Source of the DNA: Felis catus
Taxonomy: Eukaryota
Direction of reading: 5' to 3'
DNA length: 60,000 nt
Assembly (NCBI RefSeq): GCF_018350175.1
Contig: NC_058369.1
Location: 6,016,001 to 6,076,000 of the forward strand
The notes under the pieces are model-generated. The model saw nothing but the letters and a program-made list of their open reading frames with translations, did no database searches and was not told where the DNA came from. A program made the position numbers and the translations under genes. The first letter of the stretch is position 1. Every line of letters starts with the position of its first letter. This document shows, piece after piece, positions 1-13,444 of the stretch.

Positions 1-119
1 GAGCCGAAGTTGGACTCCCAACTGACTGAGTCACCCAGGAGCCCTAGGCCTAACTTCTTTAACTTTCTACTCCAAGATCCTAACACATCTGGAATTTAGC
101 AGGTGGTTGGTAAACATTT

Positions 120-620
120 GCCAAATGAAGACAAAAATCTCTGTGCTGTTCAGCCAAGTGATCAAGGTCAACACAGACAGTGATAAGTCATACTAAGAGC
201 TTGGGCCTGTGATGAGATGACAAGGGCATGGTCACCTCTGTGTCTTTCCTCCCAGAACACATCACCCCAGTTTAACTACGAGAAAAACATGTGACAAAGC
301 CAGACGAGGGGACATTTTAGAAAATTCCTGACCAGTCCTCAAAACTGTCAAGGTCATCAGCAGTAGGGATAAGCCTAAGAAACTGTCCCAGCCATGAGGA
401 ACCTAAGGAGATTTGACAACAAAATGTCACGTGGGATCCAGGATGGGATCCTGGAAGAGGACAAGGAAATTAGGGAACCTGAATAAAGCGTGGACTGTAG
501 TTAATGTATCAACATCAGTCTGTTAATCATAACAAATGTGTCAGACTAACTGAAGACATTACTAATAGGGGAAACTGGGTGTGGGGTCTACAGGAACTCT
601 CTGTACAATCGTCTCAATTT
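120..620 (+). mobile_element. Old L1 (L1MC-like) 3' UTR fragment
   Basis: Motifs ctcaaaactgtcaaggtcatc, gggatcctggaa and ggaaactgggtgtggggt...ggaactctctgtac. Confidence 0.65.
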
Positions 621-647
621 TTTTTTTTGTAAAGTAGGCTTTGGGGA

Positions 648-1168
648 GGGGCGCCTGGGTGGCTCAGTCGGTTGAGCATCCCAGTTTGGCTCAGGTCATA
701 ATCTCGCAGCTCGTGAGTTTGAGCCCCGCGTCGGGCTCTGTGCTGACAGCTCGGAGCCTGGAGCCTGCTTTGGATTCTGTGTCTCCCTCTCTCTCTACCC
801 CTAATCCACTCGCATTCTGTCTCTGTCTCTCTCTCGAAAAAATAAACATTAAAAAAATTTTTTAAAAATAAATAAATAAAGTAGGCTTTGGGGAGCCTGG
901 GCGGTTCAGTCAGTTGAGGGTCTGACTCATGATCTCATGGTTCGTGAGTCTGAGCCCCACATGGGGCTCACCCGCTGTCAGTGCAGAGCCCGCTTTGGAT
1001 CCTCTGTCCCCCTCTCTCCCTGCCCCTCCCCTGCTGGAGCGTGCTCTCTCGCTCTCTCTCTCAAAAATAATTAAACATTAAAAAAATAAGAATAAAGTAG
1101 GCTCCATGCCCAATGTGGGGCTTGAACTCATGACCCCAAGATCAAGAGTGACATGCTCTGACCGAGCC
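648..1168 (+). mobile_element. Cluster of three CanSINEs (two +, one short -)
   Basis: ggggcgcctgggtggctcagtcgg head, (CT)n and A-tail. TSD aaagtaggctttgggga flanks the first copy. Confidence 0.9.
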
Positions 1169-4100
1169 AACAAGATGCTCCACTGTCCTCAGTTCTTCTG
1201 TAACGCTGAAACTGTTCGAAAAAATAAACCCTATTTGAGAGATAATTTGAAAAAAAGATGCCATATCAGCGTGGACAGAAAAGCAAAGCACCGTTGTAAC
1301 ACACGCCAGGTGCCGTAGCAAGTAGGACAGGTGCCAGGGTCCCCGGCGAGGCCGCGGGGGAGGGGAGGCAGGACTTGTGCTTGGATTTCTGACTCCAGAA
1401 CCTCTGCCTTCTGCTTCCTTTCACTTTAGGAATAATACACCCAAAACTCGAATGCCCAATTTACTGGGCACTGAGGAAAGTGCAGTCGTTGGTTTTCAAT
1501 GGGGAGAGGGGGTGAGTGTGTATGCGCCCTCTCTCAGAGCCTGGCATCTTCAGAGGCAAGAATAAAGACCCCAAGTTTCCTTCCAGTTCGGCTCCCCACT
1601 TCCCCCCCCCCCCCCCGCCGGCTTCTGATCCTCTTCTTGGCATGGTTATGGGGGACACAGAATCATTTCTGAATCTGATGCCTCAGGAGATGCCATGTGA
1701 CCCTAGATGCCCAGCCTGCCAGGACGGTCACTGTGGGCCCGCAGACCGCCATGGTCCTGGCTGGCTCCAGCTCCTGGGGAAATGGCCTGGTGTCTGGGCC
1801 CTTTCCCTTGGCGAGGGGCGGGCAACCGATCTGTAACCTTGGGTAACGAGAACAGCAGTTGGAATTCAGGGCTTACTGTCTATCCTCCTCTTTTCCCCGG
1901 TTCTTGCTGCAACTCCATGCTGCTCTAGATGTTTCCATATCCGTGTCTCTTCTTCCATGGCTCTGTGGGTGTGTGTATAACTGTTCCCAGATCTCTTGGC
2001 CTCCTGGGAGAACTTCAGAGCCAGTAGCCTGCGTTCAAATCCCTCCTACATCCCTTTCTATCTTTGAGATACACTTTGCCTCAGTCTTGTCATCTGAAAA
2101 CAGGGTTAACTGTTAAACAGTACCTGCCTCCCAGGTTTTGTTGGGAGGAACACCTGAGCTAAACCTGTCAAGTGCTTAGGACAGGAGCCGGCCCATAGTA
2201 TTTGTTCTCTGCGGGATGGAAAGTTCCATGAGGGCAGGGGCTGTCTAGCCCACCCCTGGATCCCCAGAGTTCCATCACAGCATCAGGCATCCAATATTTG
2301 TGGGATGAATAAACAAACCTCCCCTCCTCAGCAGGCCCACCCCCAGTGTGGTGGCCCTCTTTAAAAGTTAAACGCAGTAAAACTATCATTATCATTATTG
2401 GTAACAATAGCAGCAGCAAATACCTTCAGATTAAAATCTGAGAGGTGGACCAGTATGCCTGTGGAATCCCTTCTGACCTAAAAAAAAAAAATAATAATAA
2501 AATGTTTACTACCCTGTATCATCTCCAACTTTCCTACTGCCACCAAAACAGCTTCATTCCTGCAAACCCCTCGTTCCTCTAGGTCCCTGAGGATGACAAA
2601 GGGGAATATTTAAAGCCCTTATGAGCCTTCCAGGGACCCATGAATAAGACAAGTGGCATCTTGCAAGGCACTTGGCTCTTCAAAGCCAAGATGATAGCTT
2701 TTCTGGTGCCCGTGTCAGCTGCACAGGCTCTCTGGGCCAGAGGGCAGGGGCGAGGTGGGCGCGCCCTGCCTTTGGGGGCTCTCCAAGGCCAACAGGTCGA
2801 CTTCTTTCTGGGGAAGAGATTTCGGTGCTCTTTCGTAAGTGGGTTGAGTAGGGAAGACTGTCAGATCCTGAAACGATGCAAGTATTTACCGAGCATCCAG
2901 TCGCCTGAGACTCAGCCATGAACAGAGAGGCACCCTGCCCTCGTGGGACTAGTGGTCTCCTGTGGGAGGCAGACCTCAATGAAACCATCTCACGACACAT
3001 CACAGCACGCTGAGCCATGCAGGAAAAGTGCAGGCGAGCTGTGCTGTGCGGATGGGGCCTTCGAAATCTCCCTGGAAGGGATACATCGCTTCCCTGGCTC
3101 TGGTGAGTTCGTGCTTGCTCCTTTCACTGCCCCTGTTTGGCTACCGGAGCCCATGTGCTACAGACTCCCCTGGGCAAGGTGGGGCTTGCTGCCTGTCCAA
3201 GTTCTTCCAGCTACGGGTCCCTTTTCCCAGGGAGCAGCACACAGGGTACGCCCCATGGATAGCATCTGGGACACAGGGCCTGCAGGATGAGGCCCACCAA
3301 ACGAGGCACGATTTCCTGAATGCACCACGCTGGCTCCTGCTTGGTGGGCCTCTGTCCAAGCACTCTGCCTGCCTGGCACGCCCTTCCCTGCCATGCCTGC
3401 CCGGTGAGCTCTTCTCTGGGCCTCTACGTCATCCTTGCTCCACCCTTCCTGATGCCCCAGGGATGCGTTGGACCCTTTCTGTGCTCCCGCCGCACGCTGT
3501 GCATAATTCCATCTCATGCTTCCACACGGCAAGCAGCAGGACGTGGTGGGGACGGCACACACTGGAATCTAGGTTCCTCCAGGTTGTTCGGAAGATTAAA
3601 TGAGATAGTATGTAAATGGTGCTTGGCACAGGGCCTAGCATGTGGCACGGGCCTGATCGCAGGGCACACCGCTGGTTTCAGCTCTTGCCTCCCGATGCCA
3701 GGAGGGTCTTTAGCTGCGGGGCAGGGACCACATGTGACATTCTTTCATACCCCAGCAGCTGACTCGGTGCCTAATACTTGGTAGGGCTTCACCTAGAACA
3801 ATCAGCGCCTCTATTTTGCAAGAGGAAATTGAGATCACGTTCCTCCTTGCCCCCCTGCACCTGCCAAAGCACACAGACACAAAGACACAGGCCTGCATCC
3901 CAAGCGAGGGTAAAAGCGCACCGATGCTGTTCACAAGCCCTCCCTGGCAGCTTTCTCGTGTTTTCCCAAGGAGTTCGTACCCAGCCTCTTCTGAGGAGCC
4001 TTCTGACCCCACTGGATCTGCACAAGGTCCCACCCTGGGGAGGTGGAGACTGTTTCCTGTGTACCTCGTGACCTTCAGGAGTCTTCACCACCCCTCCCTT

Positions 4101-5702
4101 CAGCAAGCGGGCAGAGCAAACCTCTCCCTACCCGGGTCTATGCATCAGAGGTGTACGCGGGCCAGAGGCATTGCCAGCAAGCAGTCCCCCTCCTACCCTC
4201 CGTCCCCACGGGAGGCTTCTGTGTGGCCACAAATCCCACAACAGACCATCTCTCAACCCCCACCTGAGCCGGCTTCCTGAGATGCAGCTGGGCCACAGAG
4301 AGATGGCCATCATCCAGAGAGGTGCCAACGAATTACAACCAGGGGACGAGGGCGGCCAGTGATCCTGCCAGCGCCCATGGATGGATGACTGCCCTGCTGG
4401 ACCCCACCGGCCCCTTCCACATGGCGCCCAGGGGGACATCCAGGACTACATCCTAACCTCATTGGCTCCCCTGCAGTACAAAGCGAGGATCTAAGGATCT
4501 TTCCCCCCCATTTTCCAGATGGAGAAGTTGACGCCCCGAGCCAATATGGGCTCCTTCTCAGGGCCGTCCAGAGTCCACCGGTGAATATCCACAAAGAAGC
4601 CTGGGCTTGTTTCTCTGGGGCTTTCCAGGCTAATGTGGCTCAAAGGAGTCCAGACAGGCAGTGCGGGGGCTGGACTGATCTGGATTCGGCGCGGGCGGGA
4701 CCCAGACTCCTCACCCCTGCAGTCCCGGCCACACCATCGTGCCCGCTCTGTGATCTCCTTTCCTCATCTCTGTGCCAGGGCCAAGCCACCTGCAGCTCCT
4801 TCCAAACCGCCCACAGGGGTGACCACAAAAGCCCAGGGGCGCCCACAGGTTGGACCTGAGGGTGACAGCTGTAGGGTGGCAGGACGGGCGGAGGGAACCA
4901 ACACGACCCGGGAAGACGCGTGGATGCTGGGGCCTCTAGCTTGACCAAAGCCCGGCCCTGGGACAAACCAAGCTGACTACTCACTTGTGTTCCACCCGGG
5001 CCTCTTCAGCACATTCTTCCCCTGAAAATATTCCTTAACAAAGAGCTGTGTGCTTCTGGCAGGCCCCAGCCCGGCCCCACCGGGTCCCAAATGCCAGGGG
5101 AGAAGGGAGCCGTTTCATTTTGGCATGACACGCGGGTGGTGGGTGAAGGAACTCACGCGGGCTATGAGGGGCTGCCCCTGGCGCGTGCATGATGGGTCCG
5201 GAAGCTGGTCCTGCCGGTCTGGTCAGACTTCAGGAGCAGCCTGAACTCCCCCTCCCCACCAGGGGGTGGCATAAATCAGGGGGCAGGCCGTGGGGAGGGG
5301 GGGGCTTCCCTTTGGGAGACTTCAGTGTAGGAGGGAGCGTGAGTGTCCTTCCCTCTGAAGAAGGGCAAAGCAGGGAGAGACGGGTACGGGGAGAGAGGCC
5401 CGGGGCAGGTGTCCACAGGGGTGCTGGGAGATTCTGGGTCACCCTGCCACCCTTCAGGGCCCCAACGGGGACGCCGGGCAGGCTGGCTGCCTGGGGCAGG
5501 GCAAACAGCTCAGGTCTCCAAGTCTGCCTGCGCTGGGAGCTTTGGGCACTACGGGAGGACCCGGGCAGGTGGCGTCTACGGAGGCGTGTGAAAGTGCTAA
5601 GGAGTCCTGCGTGTGCGAGTGTGTGGGGGGAGGTACCAATTGTCTGCGTCTGTGTTGGAGGTCCTAAGTTTTTCTGTGTGCGTAGGGGATCCGAGCGTCT
5701 AG

Positions 5703-5705
<3 letters not shown>

Positions 5706-5749
<44 letters not shown>
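5706..5749. repeat. (TG)n microsatellite
   Basis: Perfect TG run. Confidence 0.95.
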
Positions 5750-5753
<4 letters not shown>

Positions 5754-6199
5754 CGCGCACGCCCGCGTACCAGGGGGCTCCTGGATGCCTGTGTGTTGGG
5801 GGGCAGGACGTCTGTCCGGACGCGTTGTGGAGGGTTCGTGGTCATCTCTCTGCGCGAGAGAACTGTTGGCTCCCAGATGTGCGTGTGTGCACGCGCACGG
5901 GCGCGTGTGGGGCTCTCAGAAAGATGCGTCTCTGGGAGGGGAGGAGGGTTCAGAATATCTATCTGTTGGGAGGTCCTGAGCACGAGGGGAGGGTGGATGC
6001 TCAGGAAGCAGGCTCAGGGGTGTGTGTGCAGCTGCTGGAGCGCGCTGGGAGGAGCCTGAGGAGTGATTTTTCCGGGTGCCCTTGGGCATGGGGTTGCTGG
6101 GGGTGGGAGATGGGCCAGCAGGCCGAGGTCAGGCCTGTGGGTACGAATCCTGATTCACAGAGGCTAGGGGAGGGGTCCTGTGGGGTCGGAAGGGAGGGG

Positions 6200-7700
6200 T
6201 AGGGCTCTGAGGCTAACACCCTTAGGGCTGGGGGCAGGCCTGGGCCCTGAGATAGGATGCCAAGTGAGGGGAGGGAGGGGTGGCAAGGGGTCTGCAGATG
6301 GGAGGGGTCCTGAGGGATCCGGACAGAGGGAGGGCGGGGGTCCTGGGCCTGCAGGGAGGGGGGGGCGCCTGTGGGGGGCGGGTCTGCGGGGTGGGGGCTG
6401 GGGGAGCCCTGAAGGGTCCGGGAGGAGTCCTGCGCGTCTGTGGAAAGGGTGGGCGGGAGTTCGCGGCCGAGGGGGGCAGGCTCTTGGGGAGGGGGCGGGA
6501 TGGGGGAGGGGGCGCCCGGAAGGGCCCGGGGAGGGGCCCCGAGGGGTTCGGAGGCACGGGGAACGAGGGTGGGCGGGGGCCGGGGCCCAAGGCCGACAGC
6601 CGGGGTCCGTGCCGGGAGTGCCGAGGGCCCCCAGCGCGGGCTCCGCGGCGAGACGGCCCGAGCCCCGGTCTTGCCGGGCCCCCCGCGGGCCGCAGCGCGG
6701 AGCCGGCGGCCTGAGAAGGCGCCCGGGAGGCCCGGCCCGCGCCGCCTGCCTACCTGCGCCGAGCGCGCCGCCATCGCCGTGCCGAGCCTCACCGTCCCGG
6801 GCCGCGCCGCTGGATCCCCGCCGCGCCGCTCGCCCCGCAGCCCCGGCCCGGCCCCCTCAGCCGCCCCCCGGGACCGCGGCCGCCGCCGGTTCTGCCGCTG
6901 CCATTTCACCCGCTGACAGGAGCGGCTGCCCCGCCCCCGAGGCCCAGTCAGCCAATTCGCCGCCCCCAGGCACCCTGGCTCCGCCCACGGTCCAGGAGTG
7001 ACGGGATGCCGGGCCAATCCGTGGCCATTCCGTGAGGAGGGCCCTGGCTACGGCCAGAAGGTTGCCGCCTCTAAGGAGAGAAGCAAATTGAAATTAGGAA
7101 AGCTGTGAAGGACGGGCAGTTTTTCCTATCGACATGTGGAATCCTGTTGAGCAACACCTGGCGGCACCAATAACAAGGAGGGAGGGGTGTGTCTCCAGGA
7201 AAGGCTGCAGCCTTGAAGAACCCCAGACAGAGGCAGCCAAGCGTTTGGCTCTAAGCCCCGCCCAGAGCCGGGCTTTCTGCCCAATAACGAGACGTCTTGA
7301 GACGTCCATTATTATCTGCCCCTCAAATCTCGGCCATGGCAACTGTTGGGACTCTATAAAGAAGATTGACACCTCGGGACCCAATAAGACCGATGGAAGG
7401 CGGTGCACTAACATTCTCTGGCCAATGGGATCGTGAGGTTGGTTTGAGGTTGGTCTCCCGGGCGGTGGGGCTTGAGGCCTGGATTGAATGAAATAGGGGA
7501 GGGGCTGAGAGGGGCGTGACCTGGACCAACAATGGGGCGGGGCCAGTAAGGGAGAGGCTAATGGGTTGGGTCTGAGAAGGGGCGTTGGCAGGCTGAGGGG
7601 GCGGTGATGGGACCGCACCTTTGAGACCGGCTTTAGGCTGGGGGGCGGGACTGTTGGGGGTGGGGTCACATCCAAGGCTCAAGCCGGTTCCCGAACCTGG
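6200..7700. promoter_or_regulatory. CpG-island promoter with CCAAT boxes, GC boxes and RFX-like X-box motifs
   Basis: Dense CpG at 6400-7050. CCAAT at 6952, 7014, 7167, 7281, 7381 and 7422. GGGGCGGGGC near 7534, GGCCATGGCAAC near 7332, GTTGAGCAAC at 7146, YY1-like GCCATTT at 6900. Confidence 0.8.
6754..6920 (-). other. EVI5L: First exon (probably 5' UTR) of a minus-strand CpG-island gene, probably EVI5L; the rest of the gene lies left of the window
   Basis: Very GC/CpG-rich. Two consensus minus-strand donors: ACG|GTGAGG near 6793 and CAG|GTAGGC with exon end 6754. No coding exon was recognised in 1-6750. The name rests only on the conserved order EVI5L - CD209 - CLEC4G. Confidence 0.55.
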
Positions 7701-10204
7701 TCTAGGCCGGGTTAAGTATCTTCTCTGGGGCTCACAGTGCTTTATGTTCACCCATCAAAACTCTGATCAGGCTGTTACCACTGCTTATACGGCCCTCCCA
7801 CGCCCCACGTGGGGTGTGGGCGTGAGTGGATGATGCAGGGCGTAGGCAAGGGGCCTGGCTCCTGGAAACTAAGTATAAATGCTTGATGAATGAAGGGATG
7901 AATGAATGGTAGCCCCCAGACTCTCAACAAGGACGAAAAACGGTGGGGGAGTGTCACTCAGGCTGAAGAGGAGCATGTAGGGACAGTCACTGATGGCAGG
8001 CAAGACTTAGCAAAAAGGACACGTTCCCACCCCAAGGGATGGACCCTGGAGGGGGTGGGGTAGGGAAAGACCCTGTCACCGAAGAGAGGGTGACATTGTA
8101 GGTTCCGAATGGGGGCTGAAAATGGGGAGACAGAAATGGGTATGGGGGGGCTTGGGATGGAGAGTGGGCCGTTATCAGGACTTTCTAAGATCTGAGGTTT
8201 CAACCTTCTAAATACCAGGGGCTTCTATCTGGTTTTGGGAGCAATGACTGACATCTGTTCGCTCCATGCCCCTGGTCATCTCTCTTTGCCTCTGTGTACG
8301 CTCTGTTCTATCTACATTTTGCTTCTGCCTGCATTCTCCCTGCCACTGTGTATTCTCTCTGCCCCTGCCTAACACTCTGATTCTGTCCACACCGTCTTTG
8401 TCTCTCTCTCTCTCTCTCTCTTACTATCTACATTACATCTATTAAAATTCTGGAACTGTAAGAAAAGCCCCAAAACATATTTCTAAAAACTCTGGTGGTA
8501 AAAATAAATATAATGCATTCCTTCTCCCCACATGCCCATATCCCCTTTCCCAATTTTTTATTTTTTTTAAGAACAGATCTTTACCTCCCTTCGTTTAAAG
8601 TCAGCTTATGTGCTGGGCATTTCATGTCTTGACAAAGTTATAAGGTGACTTTGGACTTGCAGAGTACGAAGCTGAAATGAATCTCATCGACGTTGTCCCC
8701 TGATTTCCTGGGTGGGCTTGAGAGGGGGCCACAGGCCTGCATGAACATGGTTAGAAATGTGATACAGGATATTAAGTCAGGAGGATAAGAGTAATGCCAG
8801 GACATGATAAGGATCAATTGACCAGCAAGGGACAATCCTTATGTTGGACCACAATCCTATTATGGTCCCTCAGTGGGTGGGGGCGGGGGGGAGGAGGACT
8901 GAGGAGCCATCATAAGGGCCAAAGTCTTGGTATTTGCCCTGGTTTCCAGAGATCTTCCCCACTAGTGATCCCCTCAGAAAAGAACAGTTTGGTGTGAGCC
9001 ATACCTTCCGAGGGACAGAAAAACCTGGACAGGTAGCCAGGATGTGAGAAACAAAAAGGTCTGTGGAGGCACATGTCAGGGTGGAGTCCGGGGTACCCCG
9101 GAAAGGAGTCATGACCAGTTCATTTCTGGGGTCTTTCCTGGGAGATTAGCAGCATCTGGTGTCTGGTGAATAAAGTCAAATACAAGAAGGATGCACAGGA
9201 CATTTGACCCTCTTGTCCTCACATGGCCATTTTCTCACAAAGGATGGTTTTATTCTGGGGACACTTTGATTCCATTTTTATAAGCACAGTGGAAAAAAAT
9301 CCAACACATTTCTGTTGGAAAATACTTTTGAATCACAAACTGCATTTAGCCAATTAGATTCCTGGATCCTTTTTCTATTTAGTGGAGCTAAACCGTTCCC
9401 AATTTTTTTTTTTCTATGCTCATTTTTACTTGATTGAAATCATCTTTATCGGGAACATTTTTTACCATGTGATTTTTGGAAACATTCGATTCATTAATGA
9501 GGCTCATTTTGTCCAATTTTTACCAACTGTCAATTCTACCACTGTGATTTTTTTGGTGTGTGGCTGTCATATCTTCAGAGTCGATTTTTGCACATTCAAG
9601 TTTATTAAAAGACTCTTCGCTCAGTATTTTTCTGATAACCAGTTTTAGCACAATAAAAATTTTTTTCTGGGTTAAACTTTGGACTCAAAATTCATTTGTT
9701 GTGAATACTGACCATGGGAGCCTAGAATTTATTTGTCTCAAAGAGAGCAGAGAAAGCCATAGTATCTGTAGCTCCTCTTATGAAGAGGTGAAGTGTGTTT
9801 TCTTATCACTTGAATCTGACCTAGCTTTGTCACTTGCTCTGACCAACAGAATGCATCAGAAATAAGGCTGGGTAATTCTAAGCCTAGACCTTAACAGGCG
9901 TTGTGACTTCTTTTTCTTTTTTGAAAAATGTTAATTGTGATTACATATATATATATATATATATATATAACACGACATGCCTTTTTTTTAATTGTAATTT
10001 TAATTTTTTTTCATTTATTTGTTTTTGAGAGACAGAGAGAGCACAAGTGGGGAGGGGCAGAGAGAGAAGGAGACAGAATCCAAAGCAGGCTCCAGGCCCG
10101 AGCTTTCAGCACAGAGCCCGACACGGGGCTTGAACTCACAAACAGAGATCATGACCTGAGCCGAAGTCAGACGCTTAGCCGACTGAGCCACCCAGACACC
10201 CCAA

Positions 10205-12420
10205 CACTTGCCCTTTTTAAGACTACAGTTCGATGCATCAAGTACATTCACAATGTTGTGCAATCATTGCAAATCATTCCAAAATGTTTTCATCATCCCC
10301 AAATAGAAACTCTGTCCCCATTAAACACTAACTCCCCATCCCCCCCGTCCCTAGCCCCCTGGTTACCTCGATTCTACTTTCTGTCTCTATGAATTTGGCT
10401 CTCCTAGTTACCTCATATAAGTGGAATTACCCAATATTTGTCCTTTTGTGCCTGACTTCTTTCACTTAGCATAATGTTTTCAAGATTCATCCATGTTGTA
10501 GAATGTGTCAGAACTCCATTCCTTTTTTTATGGCTGAGTAATATTCCATTGTGTGTGTGCATGACGTGCTGTTTATTCACTCCCCTGTTGATGGACACTT
10601 GGGTTGTTTCCATCTTTTGGCTTTTAATTTTTTTATTTTTAAAAATTTACATCCAAATTAGTTAGCATATAGTGCAACAGTGATTTCAGGAGTGGATCCC
10701 TTAGTGCCCCTGACCCATTTAGCCCATCCCCCCTCCCGCAGCCCCTCCTGTAACCCTCAGTTTGTTCTCCATATTTATGAGTCTCTTCTGTTTTGTCCCC
10801 CTCCCTGTTTTTAGATTATTGTTGTTTCCCTTCCCTTATGTCCATCTGTTTTGTCTCTTAAAGTCCTCATATGAGTGAAGTCATAGGATTTTTGTCTTTC
10901 TCTGACTAATTTCACTTCGCATAATCCCCTCTAGTTCCATCCCGTACTTGCAAATGGAAAGATTGCATTCTTTTTGATTGCCGAGTAATATTCCATTGTG
11001 TATATATACCACATTTTCTTTATCCATTCATCCATCGATGGACATTTGGGCTCTTTCCATACTTTGGCTATTGCCGATAGGGCTGCTAGAAACATGGGGG
11101 TGCAAGTGTCCCTTTGAAACAGGACACCTGTATCCTGTAGATAAATGCCTTGTAGTGCAATTGCTGGGTCGTAGGGTAGTTCTATTTTTAGTTTTTTGAG
11201 GAACCTCCATACTGTTTCCCAGAATGGCTGCACCAGCTTGCATTCCCATATTTTTTGGCTTTTGTGAATAATGTTGCCTCGAACATGGACATGCCAATAT
11301 CTCCTTGAGTTCCTGCTTTCAATTCTTTTGCTATCTACCTAGGAGTGGAATTGCTGGATCATATGGTAATTCTGTGTTTGGCTCTTTGAGGAACTACCAA
11401 AGGGTGTTTTCCACAGTGGCTGCATCATTTTATATTCCCTCCAGCAATGCACAAAGGTTCCTATTTCCACACATCCTGGCCAGTACTTGCTTTTTTTTTC
11501 ATTGAAAAAAATTTATAGCTGTTTTAGTAGGTGTGAAACGTTATCTCATTGTAGTTTTAATTCGTGTTTACCTAGTGACTAACAGGGAGAGAGCATCTTT
11601 TCATGTGCTTATTGGTCATTCGTACAGCATCTTGGCAGATAGGTTGTTCAAGTCTTTTCCCCATTTTTTAAACTGAGTTGTATGTCTTTTTGTTGTTGTT
11701 GAGCTGCAGAAGCTCTTTATATATTCTGGATATTAAGCCCCTACGAGATATATCATTTACAAATATTTTCTCCCATTCAGTCAGTTGTCTTTTTACCTTC
11801 TTGAGAACATCCTTTGATGCACAAGGATCTTAATTTTTGATGAAGTCCAATTAATCTGTTTCTTTTTTGTTGTCTGTGCTTCTGAGATCATATCTTAGGA
11901 TCCATTGCCAAATCCAGCCTCATAAAGATTTAACCTTACATTTTCTTCTACAAGTTGTTTGGTTTTTGTTCTTATATTTAGGTTGTTGATCAATTTGCAG
12001 TTAGTTTTTATATCTGGTGTGAAGTAGGGGCCCAATTTCATTCTTGTGCATTTGGACATCCAGTTGTCCCACCCCAGTTACTGAGGACACTATTTTTCCC
12101 CATTGAATGGACTTGGTACCATTGCAAAAATTCAACCGAACATAGATGTATGGGTTTGTCTCTGGGCTTTTATTTCAATTCCATTGATTATATGTCTATC
12201 CCTATGTCAGGACACAGTGTTTTGCTTACCGTAGCTTTGTATTAAGTTTTGAAATCTGAAAATGTGAGTCTTCTAACTTTGTGTCTCTTTTTTTAAAGAT
12301 TGTTTTGGCTTTCTGGGGCCCCTTGCAATTTCATATGAATTTGAGAATTGGCATCTCTAGTCTGCTAAAAGGACTTGTTGGAAGTTTGGTATTTTTTAAT
12401 CTGTTGATAGCTTTGGGAAA
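10205..12420 (-). mobile_element. Old L1 (ORF2 end/3' UTR) containing a younger carnivore L1 3' end at about 10626-11250
   Basis: ORF 10931-11233 (-) reads VWRFLKKLKIELPYDPAI..CTPMF..WKEPKCPSMDEWIKKMWYIYTMEYYSAIKKN, the L1 ORF2 C-terminus. TSD ttttggctttt at 10615 and 11253. Confidence 0.9.
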
Positions 12421-13444
12421 GAATGACTTTTTTTTTTTTAAGAGAGAGAGAGAGAGAGAATGCACAATCCGGAAAGGAGAGAGGCGGATGGAGAGAGAGA
12501 TCTTAAGCAGGCTCCACCACGCTCAGTGTGATCACAACCGTGAGATCATGACCTGAGCCGAAATCAAGAGTTGGACACTTAGCCAACTGAGCCCAGGTAG
12601 TATTGACATCTTAAGAATATTAAGTTTGCTGGGGCGCCTGAGGGGCTCAGTCAGTTGAGCGTCCAACTTTGGCTCAGGTCATGATCCCACAGCTTGTGTG
12701 TTCAAGCCCTGCATAGGGCTTTGTGCTAACAGCTCGAAGCCTGGAGCCTGCTTCAGATTCTGTGCCTCCCTTTCTCTCTGCCCCTAACCCAGTCACATTC
12801 TGTCTCTGTCTCTCTCAAAAATAAATAAACATTAAAAAAAAAAAAGAATATTAAGTTTGCCTATCCTTGAACACAGGGTATCTTTCCACCTGTTATGTAT
12901 TCTTTAACTTCTTTCAGCAATATTTTGTAGTTTTTTCAATGTACAACTTTCCACCTCCATGGTTAAATTTATTCTCAGGTATTTTACTCTTTTATTTAAA
13001 ACAATTTTTTTAATGTTTATTTTTGAGAGAGACAGAGACAGAGCGTGAGCTGGGGCGAGGCAGAGAGAGAGGGAGACACAGAATCCGAAGCAGGCTCCAG
13101 GCTCTGAGCTGTCAGCACAGAGCCTGACGCGGGGATCGAACTCATGGACTGTGAGATCATGCCCTGAGCCGAAGTCGGGTGCTTAACCGATGGAGCCACC
13201 CAGGCGCTCCTCCTTTTCTTGATCTTAGGGGGAAAGTTTTTGGTCTCTCACCGTTGAGAATTGTTGTAGTCCCTTTGGGCTTTTATAACAAAATACCATA
13301 GAATGGGTGGCTTATAAACAACAGAAATTTATCTCTTTTGTTCTGGAGGCTGGAAATTAAATCAATTAATTTATCAATTAATTAATTTAATTTTATCAAT
13401 TTATCAATTTATCAATCAATTAATCAATCAATTAATTCAGTCCC

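Noticed and set aside
648..730. tRNA-like A/B-box sequences here and at many other sites
   Set aside because: Heads of tRNA-derived CanSINEs, not tRNA genes.
5189..7017. Long overlapping ORFs (337, 338 and 273 aa)
   Set aside because: G/P/R/A-rich products of a stop-poor CpG island and a TG repeat; no recognisable domain.
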